Shown: one piece after another, positions 27,053-37,774 of the stretch | How the letters are laid out: each line of letters begins with the position of its first letter | How positions within the stretch are numbered: the first letter of the stretch is position 1 | Assembly: GCA_017646625.1 (NCBI GenBank) | Contig: JAGCMF010000033.1 | Coordinates: 5,237-69,236, forward strand | DNA from: Alistipes sp. | GTDB lineage: Bacteria > Bacteroidota > Bacteroidia > Bacteroidales > Rikenellaceae | Direction: 5' to 3' | DNA length: 64,000 nucleotides | Program-made: the position numbers and the translations under genes | Notes under the pieces: generated by a model | Databases searched by the model: none | What the model was told of the DNA's origin: nothing | Seen by the model: only the letters and a program-made list of their open reading frames with translations

Positions 27053-28903
27053 TTACTCCATGGTGCTCCAATAGCCTTCAGCATCATTCCACCAGTCACC
27101 TCCATCAGTGATGATGAAGAGGTTTTCACCATCAGGGAATTCCATGGTCTCTGTGTACTCGCCGAAGTATGTACCTGGTGTGGTGCGACTGAACTTGATG
27201 TAGGTGTAATCCTCTGGCTTAACCACCTCGTAGATGCCGTCGTTGTTGCTATCAGTCATCTCGAATGAGTCAGGATTCATATCAAATATGCTATTCGATA
27301 CGAGGACCTTATATGTTGCATTGTCAGCCTTCCACTTGTTAGCGTCGAGGTAGATATACTCTACTGGCTCTGCCTCTGTAGTGATCTCTGCTGTAGCCTC
27401 TGATGCGATGTAGTCCTCATCAGTTGTTGTAGCAACAACCTTGATTACGTAAGTAGTCTCATACTCACCAACGAATGAGTACTCGAAGTCAGCAGTAGGA
27501 GTTACCACCTCACCGTTAAGAGTTACAATGTAGCTCTCTGCCTTCTCAACTGCCTTCCATGCGAATGTTACATCATTCTTCTTTGTGAGTGTAGCAGTGA
27601 TAGTAGGAGTTGCAAGGGCCTCTTTTGCCTCTGTAGTAATCTCTTTTGTAGCCTCTGATGCGCGGTAGTCGGTGTCAGCGGCAGGAGTAGCGATGACCTT
27701 AATAGTATATTTAGTATTATACTCGCCAACGAACTTGTACTCGTTAACAGCAGCTGTTTCGCCTCTTGTAGCTGTAAGATCTACAACCTCGTCGTTAATA
27801 ACTACTGTGTAGCTCTCTGCAAGCTCAACGTCGTTCCATGAGATTGTCACGTCGTTCTTGTTTTCGAGTGTAACAGCGATAACTGGAGTAGCGAGTGGAG
27901 TCTTTGCATCTACTACGTACTCTGGTGTATCGAAGTCGTCATCGATAGTGATCTCGATCTCTGTAGCTGTAGTGAGGAGGTTACCGATGATGGTTGTGAG
28001 GTGGTTACGCTTCAATGGAATCTGTGTGTTGAAGTCGTGAGAACGCACAGGACGACCATTCTGGTCAGTAACAGCCATAGTGAAGTTGATCTCCTGTGCA
28101 TCATCTCTAGCTGTGAAGATGTAGTCGGCAAAGAGAGTCTGGTACTCTTCAGAGGCGTCATAACCAGCAGAGTATGGAGCCGCCTTTGTGATGTCGTATG
28201 AGTATACTACAGTCTCAACGGTCTTCTCGGCCTGACCTGTGAGGGCATTCAATGACACGAATGTTGGGTGGTTGTAGAATGTTACATCAACCTTTGCAGG
28301 TGTTGTACCATTGTTAACCTCGTGAACATCCTTTGTGATAACGCGTACCTTACCGAAAGGACGTGTAAGGGTAAGAGAGTTTGTCAATGCGTTTCTAATC
28401 TCGATATCCTTCTGGATGAAGTATGCATCCATGCACTCGTGCATTACGGAGTTAGATGGCTCTTCGATGCGAGTGATGTTTGTCAAGCTTGCTGTGTTAT
28501 AGTGAAGGTCGGTGTTCTCGCCCTGCAAAACGAAGTCGGCCCAAACAACAAACTTGTAAACACGGTTAGGAACGAGACGAAGCTCGAAAGTTGTAGGCTG
28601 GTAGCTGTCGAATGTCTGTACCATGCGCTCCTTAACAGGAGTATCGAGATTCTCGTAGCCGGGTGTTACGTCATAAATCTCGAGCATGTAACGAAGGTCA
28701 TAAGTAGCCCACTCGTCATCGCTGAAATTGTCGATGGCGCCCTTGCCACTATTCATGCCTGTCTCGCCACGTGTTGTGCCCAACTCTGGAGCATCAACAT
28801 TGAGGCTAATCTCCACTGCGTCCTTGCCAGTGTAGTCGATGTCTTTCTGACATGACACAGCTGTCAGAGTCAACGCCATCAAAGCAAAAAATAACTTTTT
28901 CAT
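27053..28903 (-). CDS. Lipoprotein: DUF6562/Mfa-pilin-like N-domain, two FN3-like repeats, C-terminal CBM26-like module
   Basis: Lipobox TAVSC; LRYMLEIY, RLVPNRVYKFVVWADF, LTRPFGK, RNHLTTIIGNLLT; duplicated LATP-I...NDVT..W...AESY; tail YIYLDANKW...MTDSNNDGIYEV...IKFSR. Confidence 0.7.
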   Translation of the reverse strand: MKKLFFALMALTLTAVSCQKDIDYTGKDAVEISLNVDAPELGTTRGETGMNSGKGAIDNFSDDEWATYDLRYMLEIYDVTPGYENLDTPVKERMVQTFDSYQPTTFELRLVPNRVYKFVVWADFVLQGENTDLHYNTASLTNITRIEEPSNSVMHECMDAYFIQKDIEIRNALTNSLTLTRPFGKVRVITKDVHEVNNGTTPAKVDVTFYNHPTFVSLNALTGQAEKTVETVVYSYDITKAAPYSAGYDASEEYQTLFADYIFTARDDAQEINFTMAVTDQNGRPVRSHDFNTQIPLKRNHLTTIIGNLLTTATEIEITIDDDFDTPEYVVDAKTPLATPVIAVTLENKNDVTISWNDVELAESYTVVINDEVVDLTATRGETAAVNEYKFVGEYNTKYTIKVIATPAADTDYRASEATKEITTEAKEALATPTITATLTKKNDVTFAWKAVEKAESYIVTLNGEVVTPTADFEYSFVGEYETTYVIKVVATTTDEDYIASEATAEITTEAEPVEYIYLDANKWKADNATYKVLVSNSIFDMNPDSFEMTDSNNDGIYEVVKPEDYTYIKFSRTTPGTYFGEYTETMEFPDGENLFIITDGGDWWNDAEGYWSTME

Positions 28904-29127
28904 AATTGTTTGTATCTAATAAATTATTGTTCTTCCTAATAGAAATATATCCTTCACGCACGTATGCGCAGGTGCTATTGTTCTGCAAATATAGTACAAA
29001 ATTTATAATTTACAACTATTCGACTGTAAAATAATCTGTTTTATTGAGAAATCGGGTTAGGGCCTAGCGCTGCGGTTTTACGTAGCATCGGTTGATTTAC
29101 CCTTATGGGGCGTTGTGTAGGTGCTAA

Positions 29128-30066
29128 TTAGAGCATGTCGCCCTGGTGTGCACCAATGCTCTGCATGCGGCTTATAACCTCGCCTCGTAGTACATCGGGG
29201 CGCACGCCCGCGAGGGGTGAGGCGAGGAGTAGGTGGCGTGGTGCCGTCGTCGCTATGCGATCCACGGCTGTGTGGGGATCGAGGTGGCGTATGATATCTA
29301 CCATAAGCGAGAGGTATGTCTCGTGCGTGTCGCCACTGCTAAAGAGGAACCTCTCGGGTGTATGTAGCCACGCCTCTGCCATGGGCGTATTGCGATATAT
29401 CTGTAGCTGATGAAACTTTATGGTGTCGAGCTGTAGGCTGTTGATGCGTGCCATGCCCTCGACGATATCCTTATAACTCTCATCGGGGAGGCCTACGATG
29501 AAGTGCGCACCTGTTGTTATGCCACGGCTACGTGTTGCCTCCACGGCGTGTGCTGCTGTAGCAAAGTCGTGACCTCGGTTTACAGCCTGTAGTGTGGTGT
29601 CGTAGACAGACTCTATGCCATACTCCATAGCCACGAAATGCTCATGCGACAAATGCTCCAAAAGGTCGAGTTTTTGGGAATCTATACAGTCGGGGCGTGT
29701 ACTTACTATGATGCCCGAAATTGCGGGGTGTGATAGCGTCTCGGAGTATATTTTTGCGAGATGTTCTACGGGGGCATTGGTGCTAGTACCAGCCTGAAAA
29801 TATGCTATATAGATATCGCCCTTACGGCCACGTGAGTGATGAAATTGTAGTGCGTGGTCTATCTGTTGTGTGATGCTACTCGTCGTGCGGCAGTAGGAGG
29901 GTGTGAATGCCTCATCGAGGCAAAAAGTGCAGCCGCCATACGCCACCGTACCATCTCGGTTTGGGCAGCGCATGGCGGCATCTATTGCGAGCTTCTGTAT
30001 GCGTCCGCCGAGGCGGTGGCGCATGGCACCTCCATAGTCGTTATATGGCAACGCTGCGTGGTGCAT
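29128..30066 (-). CDS. TIGR01212/YhcC-family radical SAM protein
   Basis: CPNRDGT..YGGCTFC, YFQAGT, STRPDCI, KFHQLQI. Confidence 0.88.
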   Translation of the reverse strand: MHHAALPYNDYGGAMRHRLGGRIQKLAIDAAMRCPNRDGTVAYGGCTFCLDEAFTPSYCRTTSSITQQIDHALQFHHSRGRKGDIYIAYFQAGTSTNAPVEHLAKIYSETLSHPAISGIIVSTRPDCIDSQKLDLLEHLSHEHFVAMEYGIESVYDTTLQAVNRGHDFATAAHAVEATRSRGITTGAHFIVGLPDESYKDIVEGMARINSLQLDTIKFHQLQIYRNTPMAEAWLHTPERFLFSSGDTHETYLSLMVDIIRHLDPHTAVDRIATTAPRHLLLASPLAGVRPDVLRGEVISRMQSIGAHQGDML

Positions 30067-30077
30067 AACTCGCTATA

Positions 30078-31103
30078 CTATAGGTCCTGAAGGCGTGCTA
30101 CGGGCGACACCTCGAGGGAGCTTAACTCGCCAGCCATATAGCGGTAGTAGCCCGCAGTGGCAATCATGGCGGCGTTGTCTGTCGTGAACTTTAGCTCGGG
30201 TAGGAATGTGCGCCAGCCGCGGCGACGACCAGCCTCGAGTATGCCATTGCGTAGTCCAGAGTTTGCAGAGACACCGCCAGCGATGGCTATATCCTTGATG
30301 CCTGTGGCCTTGGATGCCTTGATAAGCTTGTCGAGGAGGATGTCGACGATGGTCTTCTGCAACGATGCGCATAGGTCGGCCTTATGCTCCTCAACAAAGT
30401 CGGGGTTCTCCTTAACGGCATCGCGTAGCGTGTAGAGGAACGAGGTCTTGAGACCCGAGAATGAGTAGTCGAACTCGCCATCTACGTGAGGCTTGGCGAA
30501 CTTGAAGGCGCCGCTGTTGCCCTGCTGTGCCAGGCGGTCTATCACAGGGCCACCAGGGTAGGGTAGTCCCATGACCTTTGCGCACTTGTCGAAGGCCTCA
30601 CCTGCGGCATCGTCGATGGTTGTGCCTATAATCTCCATGTGTCGTGGGTCATCAACGCGCACAATCTGTGTGTGTCCACCACTTACGAGGAGTGTGAGGA
30701 ATGGAAATTCGGGGTGTGGTATCTCCCTGTCGGGCATATCGATGAAGTGTGATAGGATATGTCCTTCGAGGTGGTTAACCTCTACGAGGGGGATGTTGTT
30801 GGCGATGGAGAGACCCTTGGCAAAGGATACGCCCACGAGTAGTGAGCCGAGGAGTCCTGGGCCACGGGTGAAGGCTATGGCATCGACTTTGTCGATGGTT
30901 ATCCCCGCCTCCTTGAGTGCTGTGTCCACAACGGGGATGATGTTTTGCTGATGGGCGCGCGAGGCGAGCTCGGGGATAACACCTCCGTACTTCTGATGTA
31001 CTGCCTGTGAGGCAATTACATTCGACAGGAGTGTCCTATTGCGAATCACGGCTGCCGAGGTGTCGTCGCACGAGGACTCGATGCCAAGTATTGTAATGTC
31101 CAT
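30078..31103 (-). CDS. tsaD: tRNA threonylcarbamoyladenosine transferase
   Basis: LGIESSCDDT, GGVIPELASRAH, HLEGH, SGGHT, DDAAGEAFDK, TDNAAMI. Confidence 0.97.
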   Translation of the reverse strand: MDITILGIESSCDDTSAAVIRNRTLLSNVIASQAVHQKYGGVIPELASRAHQQNIIPVVDTALKEAGITIDKVDAIAFTRGPGLLGSLLVGVSFAKGLSIANNIPLVEVNHLEGHILSHFIDMPDREIPHPEFPFLTLLVSGGHTQIVRVDDPRHMEIIGTTIDDAAGEAFDKCAKVMGLPYPGGPVIDRLAQQGNSGAFKFAKPHVDGEFDYSFSGLKTSFLYTLRDAVKENPDFVEEHKADLCASLQKTIVDILLDKLIKASKATGIKDIAIAGGVSANSGLRNGILEAGRRRGWRTFLPELKFTTDNAAMIATAGYYRYMAGELSSLEVSPVARLQDL

Positions 31104-31217
31104 AACAAAGTTGTTTAGTTTAAATTTTGCAGCCTCTTTTTTTTCTATTTTATAGAAAAATTATTACTTTTGTAGGTTAATTGCTGTGAACTTACTAAAA
31201 GCAAAGTTGCTGTTTCA

Positions 31218-34200
31218 ATGCGCAAAGGTATAAAAATATTGGCAAAGGTGCTATCGACCATCATATTGTTGTCGATATTTTTACCTGTGCTGATAACTTT
31301 GGTGCTCAATGTGGGTGCCGTACAGAATGCCGTTGTCAGTCGTGCAGCACTCTTTGCGAGTGAGTATATGGGCACACGCGTATCCATCGACCGCATAGAT
31401 CTCGACCTTTTTTCGCGCGTGCGTGTGCAAGGATTCTATGTCGAGGACTACGAGAGAGACACCCTGCTCTACGTGGGTCATGCACGAGCATCATTCTCGA
31501 GTCTCAACATCAAGCGCGATGGTCTATGTATCTCGAAGGCGTGGGCCGAGGATGGCAAGGTGTGCATCCGCGAGATGGCCGATGGTGAGCTCAACATACG
31601 CCCCATCGTCGCCCACCTACAAAATCCCAACGCCAAGGGTGACTTCCGACTATTCATCGATGAGATAGAGGCCCAGGATGTGGAGTTCTGCTACGAACGC
31701 CTTGTGCACCGCAACCCCGAGTATGGTATCGACTACTTCGATATGCATATCGTGGCCAGCGAGGCGCGTGTCCGTGACCTCGGTGTTGTGAAGGGTAGCG
31801 TGTGGATGAATGTGGAGGATCTCGTGGCACGTGAACGTAGTGGCTTCACCATCGACGATATAGAGACATATCTGCGTGTGGATAAGGGTATCATCAGCTT
31901 CGAGGAGTTTAGGGCCATCACCGAGACATCATCGGTATATGTGCCCTCGATGCGCATCGTGGGTGACGACTGGCTGTGCTATAAGGATTATATCAATGTT
32001 GTGCGCATGGAGGGTCATGTCGCCAACACAACAATATCGACTCAAGACCTTGGATACTTCGCCCCCGGACTACGAAATTGGAATACGGAGATTCGTGATG
32101 CCGAGGCTACGTTTAGTGGCGTCGTGCGTGACCTTGAGGGTACACTTGTGCATGCCACCATTGCTGATGGTAGCTCTGTGCGCGGCACATTCCGTCTTGT
32201 TGGCCTGCCCGAGTGGCGCACGGCACGTTATATAGCCTCGATAGAGCATATGAGGGTTGAGGCGAGTGATGCGGAGTACCTTGCGGGTAACATCCTGCCC
32301 GAGCAACTCCCCGAGAGTGTTCTTGACATCGTGCGCCGTGCGGGATATGCTGATGTGCGTGCTACGTTCGGTGGCCGCTTCGATGCCTTCCGTGTTGTGG
32401 GTAACGTGGGCACGGCGTGTGGTAACTTCTCGGGAGATATCACCATGCGCAAGAGTAGCGAGGCACGCTACGACATACATGGCACAGCAAAGACACGTAG
32501 CCTTAATCTTGGCAATCTGCTCAATGTCAACAACCTCCACGCCTTGAGCTCGGATCTCGCCATGTCGGGCTCGGTGGGTAGCAGGGAGTCGGGAGGTGTG
32601 ATAGGCGATGTAAATGTCACCATCGACGGTCTCGGCTTCGGCAGCTACGACTACTCGGGCATCCAGGGTGTGGGACATGTTGAGGGTGATAACTACTATG
32701 CCGAGGTTACATCTACAGATGAGAACCTCGAATTCGACCTCTTTGCAGATATATCTCTTGGCGAGGAGGATCCGTCGTATGCCCTCTCTATGGATATGCA
32801 TAGGGCCGATTTGCACGCCCTGGGCTTCAATAAGCGCGATACGGTATCTGTGATATCTGCAAACGTGGGTCTCGACCTGGCAGGACGAACCATAGAGCAG
32901 ATGGATGGATATGTGAGTGTCGCAAATGCCGAATACCTCTATCCCGGTGGTGAGCTTAACACAGATATCATGCGCCTCGAACTCGAAGGCAGTGGTAGGC
33001 AGAAGGCTGTGGCGCTGACGTCGGACTTCTTTGAGCTCAACTACCATAGCCACTCCTCATTCCGTGAGGTATATAACTATGTCTACAACTCGCTGATGAC
33101 ATATGTGCCGCTACTCTACGACAATGCTACTACCATCGTCGTCGATGAGTCGGCAGTGAACAATCCGAGTGACTATACGGCACTCACACTTCAGGCGGGT
33201 GATGCCATAAACGAGCTTCTGGATGCCATAGCCGGAGGTCTTGTCATGGCACCAAATACGGAGCTTGGTCTAATCTTCAACCCCAAGAGTAACAATATAT
33301 CGTTGCGTGGTACGTCGGAGGCACTGGAGTACTCGGGTCTCATCATGGCAAATGTAGAGTGGAATATCAACAATAATAGCCGTGACTCACTCTCTATGCG
33401 TGTTAAGTCGGAGGGTGTATACCTCGGCTCACGCATGCTCATGCCGAAGTTCAGTCTTGTGGGTGGCGCGAGGGAGAACCGCGTTGCCATAACTGCGGGC
33501 TTCAAGCAGGATGATGGCTCCTCGTCGGCGATGCTCGGTCTCTCGGCACAATTTAGTCGAAATGCCAATACGCGCCGTCGTTCTATGCATATCGACATCA
33601 CACCGTCGCACTTCACCACAGCCACGCAGCAGTGGAAGCTCTTCTCGGAAGGTATCGACATCGACTCTACGCGCATAAGCATCCGTAACCTGCACATTGC
33701 CCGCCCCGACCAGCAGCTTGTCATCGATGGTGTGGCATCGCGCCTACGTAGCGACTCTATACGCATCACGCTTAACAACTTTGACCTGTCGCCACTCTCG
33801 GCACTTACGCATAAGTGGGGATATAGCGCACGCAGCATCTCTAATGGCTATGCCTCGATTAAGTCGGCACTCAACAATCCCGAGATTGAGGCTCACATAC
33901 GCCTCGATAGCATCTCGGTGAACGACATCAAGGTGCCACCACAGGAGATAACCTCTAATTGGGACTTCGAGGCTAACCGTGCACGTGTCATCATCCGCGA
34001 CCGTAGTAGCCTCGATACGGTGATACGTGGTTACTACCAGCCACAGGGCACACGCTACTTTGCCGAGGCACGCATGCAGGATGTCAAGCTATCACTCATA
34101 TCGCCATTCCTGAAGGATATCCTCTCGGACATCGAGGGTGATGTGGATGTAATTGCGCAGGTGCGTGGCCAGGGTCGTCAGGCTGTGCTGTCGGGCGCTG

Positions 34201-35831
34201 CGCGTGCTGACTCTATAGGTGCCACTGTCGACTACACGAAGGTGCGCTACACAGCACCATATGCCGAACTCGCTATCGAGAATAACCACTTTATAGCGCG
34301 CGACGTCATCGTCTACGACCCAGAGCATAATAGCGGTAGATTGTCGATGGACATAAGTCTTGAGCATCTGTCAAACATAACATACGACATAGAGATTGAG
34401 GCTAATAAGATGCTCGTGCTAGACACAGGAGTCAAGGATAATGACCTCTTCTACGGCCATGTGTATGGCTCGGGTAGTGCCTCATTCTTGGGCGATAAGC
34501 TCGGCATAAAGATGGATATTGAGGCTACGAGTGCCGATAACTCGAAATTCTTTATGCCGCTGTCGGGTAAGGAGGATGTTGCCTATGCCGACTTTGTGAA
34601 GTTCAAGGAGGGCGAGGAGATGCTGCCCGATACTACGGCATTCCTTACACGCCGCATGATGGCCTACGAGAGAAAGAACCGTCCTGTGAATACGTCGGGA
34701 GGTATCATGGATATGGATATGACCCTCAATGTGCTTCCCAACATCGAGATGCAGCTCGTCATCGACCCCACGGTGGGCGATATCATCAAGGGTAAGGGCT
34801 CGGGACAGCTGAATATGCATATCGTACCGAAGGCTAATGTCTTCGAGATGCGTGGCGATGTGGTAATCTCGGAGGGTACATACCTCTTCACGCTGCAGAA
34901 CATCCTTAATAAGCTCTTTACCGTCGTGCCAGGCTCGTCGTTGCACTGGACGGGTGATCCTATGGGTGCCATGCTGAACATCGATGCTGTGTATAGCACG
35001 AAGGCGTCGTTGCGCCCACTCTTGGGTAGCTCGGTGCAGGGCATCGACACGTCGCGTGCCGTGCCTGTTGACTGCTACATAAAGCTCTCCGACGAGCTCA
35101 TGTCGCCTACGGTGACCTTCGATGTGCAGGTGCCTAATGTGGCGCCCGAGATTCAGACCGTCATACAGTCTACGCTTAACGACCAGCAGGCCATAGCCAC
35201 GCAGATGTTTTGGCTGCTTGCTGCCAACACCTTCTCGGCAGAGGATACAGGCTCCATGGGCGCCTCCCTCTCTGCCACTACAGGCTTCGAGCTCCTCTCG
35301 AACCAGTTGAGCAACTGGCTGTCGGGTGATAACTACAACATTATCTTGCGCTACAGACCACGTACCGAGATGACGGGTGATGAGGTAGACTTCGGCTTCT
35401 CGAAGAGCTGGCTCAATAACCGTCTTATCGTAGAGGTTGAGGGTGGTTACCTGTCGGATGCATCGCGCCAAACGGCAAATGCCTCTAACTTCGTCGGTGA
35501 GGCCTTCATCACATGGCTCATCGACCCTGATGGCACCTTCCGTTTCCGAGGCTTCACGCAGACCATAGACCGCTACGGTGAGAACCAGGGTATGCAGGAA
35601 GCAGGTGTCGGTATATACTATAGCGAGAGTTTCAACTCGTTTGCCGACCTTGGCCGTAGCCTCCGTAACCGCTTTGTGCACCGCGATAGCCTCGGTAGGG
35701 AGCTCACACGTACGGAGTATCGCGCCATGAAGGCCGAGCAGCGTGATAGGCGTAAGCGCGCAAGAGAGGATAATAAGCGTCAGAAGGCTGCGTTAGATAG
35801 TGTGGCCCGTGCAACAAATAATGAAGAGTAA
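31218..35831 (+). CDS. tamB: Translocation/assembly module TamB (AsmA-like)
   Basis: 1537 aa, N-terminal membrane anchor, beta-taco repeats, DUF490-like C-terminus (WTGDP...LNIDAVY). Confidence 0.85.
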   Translation: MRKGIKILAKVLSTIILLSIFLPVLITLVLNVGAVQNAVVSRAALFASEYMGTRVSIDRIDLDLFSRVRVQGFYVEDYERDTLLYVGHARASFSSLNIKRDGLCISKAWAEDGKVCIREMADGELNIRPIVAHLQNPNAKGDFRLFIDEIEAQDVEFCYERLVHRNPEYGIDYFDMHIVASEARVRDLGVVKGSVWMNVEDLVARERSGFTIDDIETYLRVDKGIISFEEFRAITETSSVYVPSMRIVGDDWLCYKDYINVVRMEGHVANTTISTQDLGYFAPGLRNWNTEIRDAEATFSGVVRDLEGTLVHATIADGSSVRGTFRLVGLPEWRTARYIASIEHMRVEASDAEYLAGNILPEQLPESVLDIVRRAGYADVRATFGGRFDAFRVVGNVGTACGNFSGDITMRKSSEARYDIHGTAKTRSLNLGNLLNVNNLHALSSDLAMSGSVGSRESGGVIGDVNVTIDGLGFGSYDYSGIQGVGHVEGDNYYAEVTSTDENLEFDLFADISLGEEDPSYALSMDMHRADLHALGFNKRDTVSVISANVGLDLAGRTIEQMDGYVSVANAEYLYPGGELNTDIMRLELEGSGRQKAVALTSDFFELNYHSHSSFREVYNYVYNSLMTYVPLLYDNATTIVVDESAVNNPSDYTALTLQAGDAINELLDAIAGGLVMAPNTELGLIFNPKSNNISLRGTSEALEYSGLIMANVEWNINNNSRDSLSMRVKSEGVYLGSRMLMPKFSLVGGARENRVAITAGFKQDDGSSSAMLGLSAQFSRNANTRRRSMHIDITPSHFTTATQQWKLFSEGIDIDSTRISIRNLHIARPDQQLVIDGVASRLRSDSIRITLNNFDLSPLSALTHKWGYSARSISNGYASIKSALNNPEIEAHIRLDSISVNDIKVPPQEITSNWDFEANRARVIIRDRSSLDTVIRGYYQPQGTRYFAEARMQDVKLSLISPFLKDILSDIEGDVDVIAQVRGQGRQAVLSGAARADSIGATVDYTKVRYTAPYAELAIENNHFIARDVIVYDPEHNSGRLSMDISLEHLSNITYDIEIEANKMLVLDTGVKDNDLFYGHVYGSGSASFLGDKLGIKMDIEATSADNSKFFMPLSGKEDVAYADFVKFKEGEEMLPDTTAFLTRRMMAYERKNRPVNTSGGIMDMDMTLNVLPNIEMQLVIDPTVGDIIKGKGSGQLNMHIVPKANVFEMRGDVVISEGTYLFTLQNILNKLFTVVPGSSLHWTGDPMGAMLNIDAVYSTKASLRPLLGSSVQGIDTSRAVPVDCYIKLSDELMSPTVTFDVQVPNVAPEIQTVIQSTLNDQQAIATQMFWLLAANTFSAEDTGSMGASLSATTGFELLSNQLSNWLSGDNYNIILRYRPRTEMTGDEVDFGFSKSWLNNRLIVEVEGGYLSDASRQTANASNFVGEAFITWLIDPDGTFRFRGFTQTIDRYGENQGMQEAGVGIYYSESFNSFADLGRSLRNRFVHRDSLGRELTRTEYRAMKAEQRDRRKRAREDNKRQKAALDSVARATNNEE

Positions 35832-35871
35832 AATAAATTGATTAATAACTAACTAAACGATTGAAAAAACT

Positions 35872-36618
35872 ATGATTAACTTTCTAACTGTTACCCCTGT
35901 GGATGGTGCGCAGGGTGTCGATGCGCAGATTGACACAATGAACATGGCCCAGCAGGCTATTGCTGATGCTGCCGCTGCATCGGAGGAGACCCTCTCTATC
36001 GGTTTCTGGGATTTGTTCATGGGTGGTGGATGGCTCATGTGGGTGCTCGTGGCCCTTGCCGCTGTGATGATCTTCATCTTCGTGGAACGCTTCATCGCCA
36101 TTCGTCGTGCCACACGTGTCGACAATAACTTCATGAACCGCATACGTGACTACATCCTTGAGGGTAATATCAATGCCGCCATCGACCTATGCCGTCGTAC
36201 CGACTCGCCTGTGGCACGCATGATTGAGAAGGGTATAGAACGTATCGGCCGTCCTATGGGCGACATACAGACAGCTATCGAGAATGTAGCAAATGTTGAG
36301 GTTGCGAAGCTCGAGGCGGGTCTTCCATGGTTGGCATCAATCTCTGGTGGTGCTCCGATGATTGGTTTCTTGGGTACTGTGGTAGGTATGGTGCAGGTGT
36401 TTATCGACATGTCGGCAAACCAGTCGGGTGCCATAGAGCTCTCGCAGCTCTCGGCGGGTATGTATGTTGCCATGGTTACCACTGTGGGTGGTCTTATTGT
36501 GGGTATCCCTGCCTACTTTGCACACAACTACCTTGTGGCACGCATCGAGAAGCTTGTATTCAGAATGGAGGCCTCTACGATCGCATTTATGGATATCTTG
36601 AACCAGCCTGTAAAATAG
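35872..36618 (+). CDS. exbB: MotA/TolQ/ExbB proton channel
   Basis: APMIGFLGTVVGM, AMVTTVGGLIVGIPA. Confidence 0.9.
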   Translation: MINFLTVTPVDGAQGVDAQIDTMNMAQQAIADAAAASEETLSIGFWDLFMGGGWLMWVLVALAAVMIFIFVERFIAIRRATRVDNNFMNRIRDYILEGNINAAIDLCRRTDSPVARMIEKGIERIGRPMGDIQTAIENVANVEVAKLEAGLPWLASISGGAPMIGFLGTVVGMVQVFIDMSANQSGAIELSQLSAGMYVAMVTTVGGLIVGIPAYFAHNYLVARIEKLVFRMEASTIAFMDILNQPVK

Positions 36619-36625
36619 TTGGAGT

Positions 36626-37063
36626 ATGGCAATTAAGCGAAGTTCAAAAATAGATTCGTCGTTCTCATCATCATCGATGACCGACCTTGTCTTCCTGTTG
36701 CTGGTATTCTTTATCCTGGCTACAACGCTTATCAACCCCAACAATGCGGTGAAGCTCACCCTGCCCTCGTCATCGAGTCAGGAGGGTGATCCCTCTGTCA
36801 TTGCGCTGTCGGTTATAGGTGATAGCAGCAGCCCCTCGGGATATAGATATGTCATCAACCGTGATGAGCAGTATGAGGAGGTGTCGGAGGTGGCAGGTGC
36901 TCTACGTGTGCACTATGCCGAGTATGCCGACCGTCCCGAGGAGGACCGTCCCTACATCTCGTTGCGCTGCGACGAGAAGGTCACTGTGGATGCCCTTGTT
37001 GAGATTATAGACCTCACACGTGAGGAGAAGTATAAAATGGTGCTTGCCACCAAGGAGAAATAA
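36626..37063 (+). CDS. exbD: Biopolymer transport ExbD
   Basis: SMTDLVFLLLVFFILATT. Confidence 0.9.
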   Translation: MAIKRSSKIDSSFSSSSMTDLVFLLLVFFILATTLINPNNAVKLTLPSSSSQEGDPSVIALSVIGDSSSPSGYRYVINRDEQYEEVSEVAGALRVHYAEYADRPEEDRPYISLRCDEKVTVDALVEIIDLTREEKYKMVLATKEK

Positions 37064-37770
37064 TGCAGTACTACGATCCTATAGACCATACATCGAGGCG
37101 CTATGCAGCCATTGTCACCTTTGCGGTGATGACGCTTGCGGCACTGCTACTCTCGTTTGTGAATATCGATGTTAGCATACGCGATGTCGTCGAGCCGCCT
37201 CTTGAGATAGAGTTCCTCGAGGAGCCTGTCGTTGAGGAGCCCAAGCCCAAGGTGCAGCAGAGTTCGCCTACGGATGTACGCCGTGACCGTGCCCCCGCAC
37301 ATGTGGAGAGTGCCCCTGTGGAGCATAGCGCACAGACCGAGGGTGAGGCCACGCAGACAGAGACTATAAACCCCAATGCGTTGTTCAAGCCTGTGGCGGG
37401 TAATAGTGAGCCTGTGGCTACGGGTAACCGTCTTGCCCCTGATGGCAAGCAGGAGAGCCATCGTGGTGAGGGTGTGGGATATAACCTTCAGGGCACGGAC
37501 CAGCTCGATGCTGGTCTCCAGGGCCGTGGCCTACGTGAGGGTCTGCCCAAGCCCAGCACACGCTACAACACCTCGGGACGTGTTGTCGTATATGTCACCA
37601 TCGACAGCAGTGGTGATGTCCTCACTGCGAAGGTGGACCTCGCAGGTACCACCACGTCGGATGAGACGTTGCGACGTCTGGCTGTTGAGGCGGCCATGAA
37701 GGCGAAGTTTAAGCCAAGCTCGCGTACAGCGCAGGGAGGAAAGATTACGTATGACTTTAAACTGCAGTAG
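37063..37770 (+). CDS. tonB: TonB-family energy transducer
   Basis: N-terminal TM, Pro/Glu-rich linker, C-terminal GRVVVYVTIDSSG...A..AKF...GKITYDF. Confidence 0.75.
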   Translation: MQYYDPIDHTSRRYAAIVTFAVMTLAALLLSFVNIDVSIRDVVEPPLEIEFLEEPVVEEPKPKVQQSSPTDVRRDRAPAHVESAPVEHSAQTEGEATQTETINPNALFKPVAGNSEPVATGNRLAPDGKQESHRGEGVGYNLQGTDQLDAGLQGRGLREGLPKPSTRYNTSGRVVVYVTIDSSGDVLTAKVDLAGTTTSDETLRRLAVEAAMKAKFKPSSRTAQGGKITYDFKLQ

Positions 37771-37774
37771 GAGT

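Noticed and set aside
28904-29127. Invertible promoter upstream of the first pilin-like gene
   Set aside because: No pair of inverted repeats bracketing the TATATTTG box was found, and no invertase is nearby.
34482-35681. Long antisense ORFs (399 aa here; also 43668-44759 and 32070-33053)
   Set aside because: They are shadows of tamB and lpxD caused by codon bias; no recognisable motifs.
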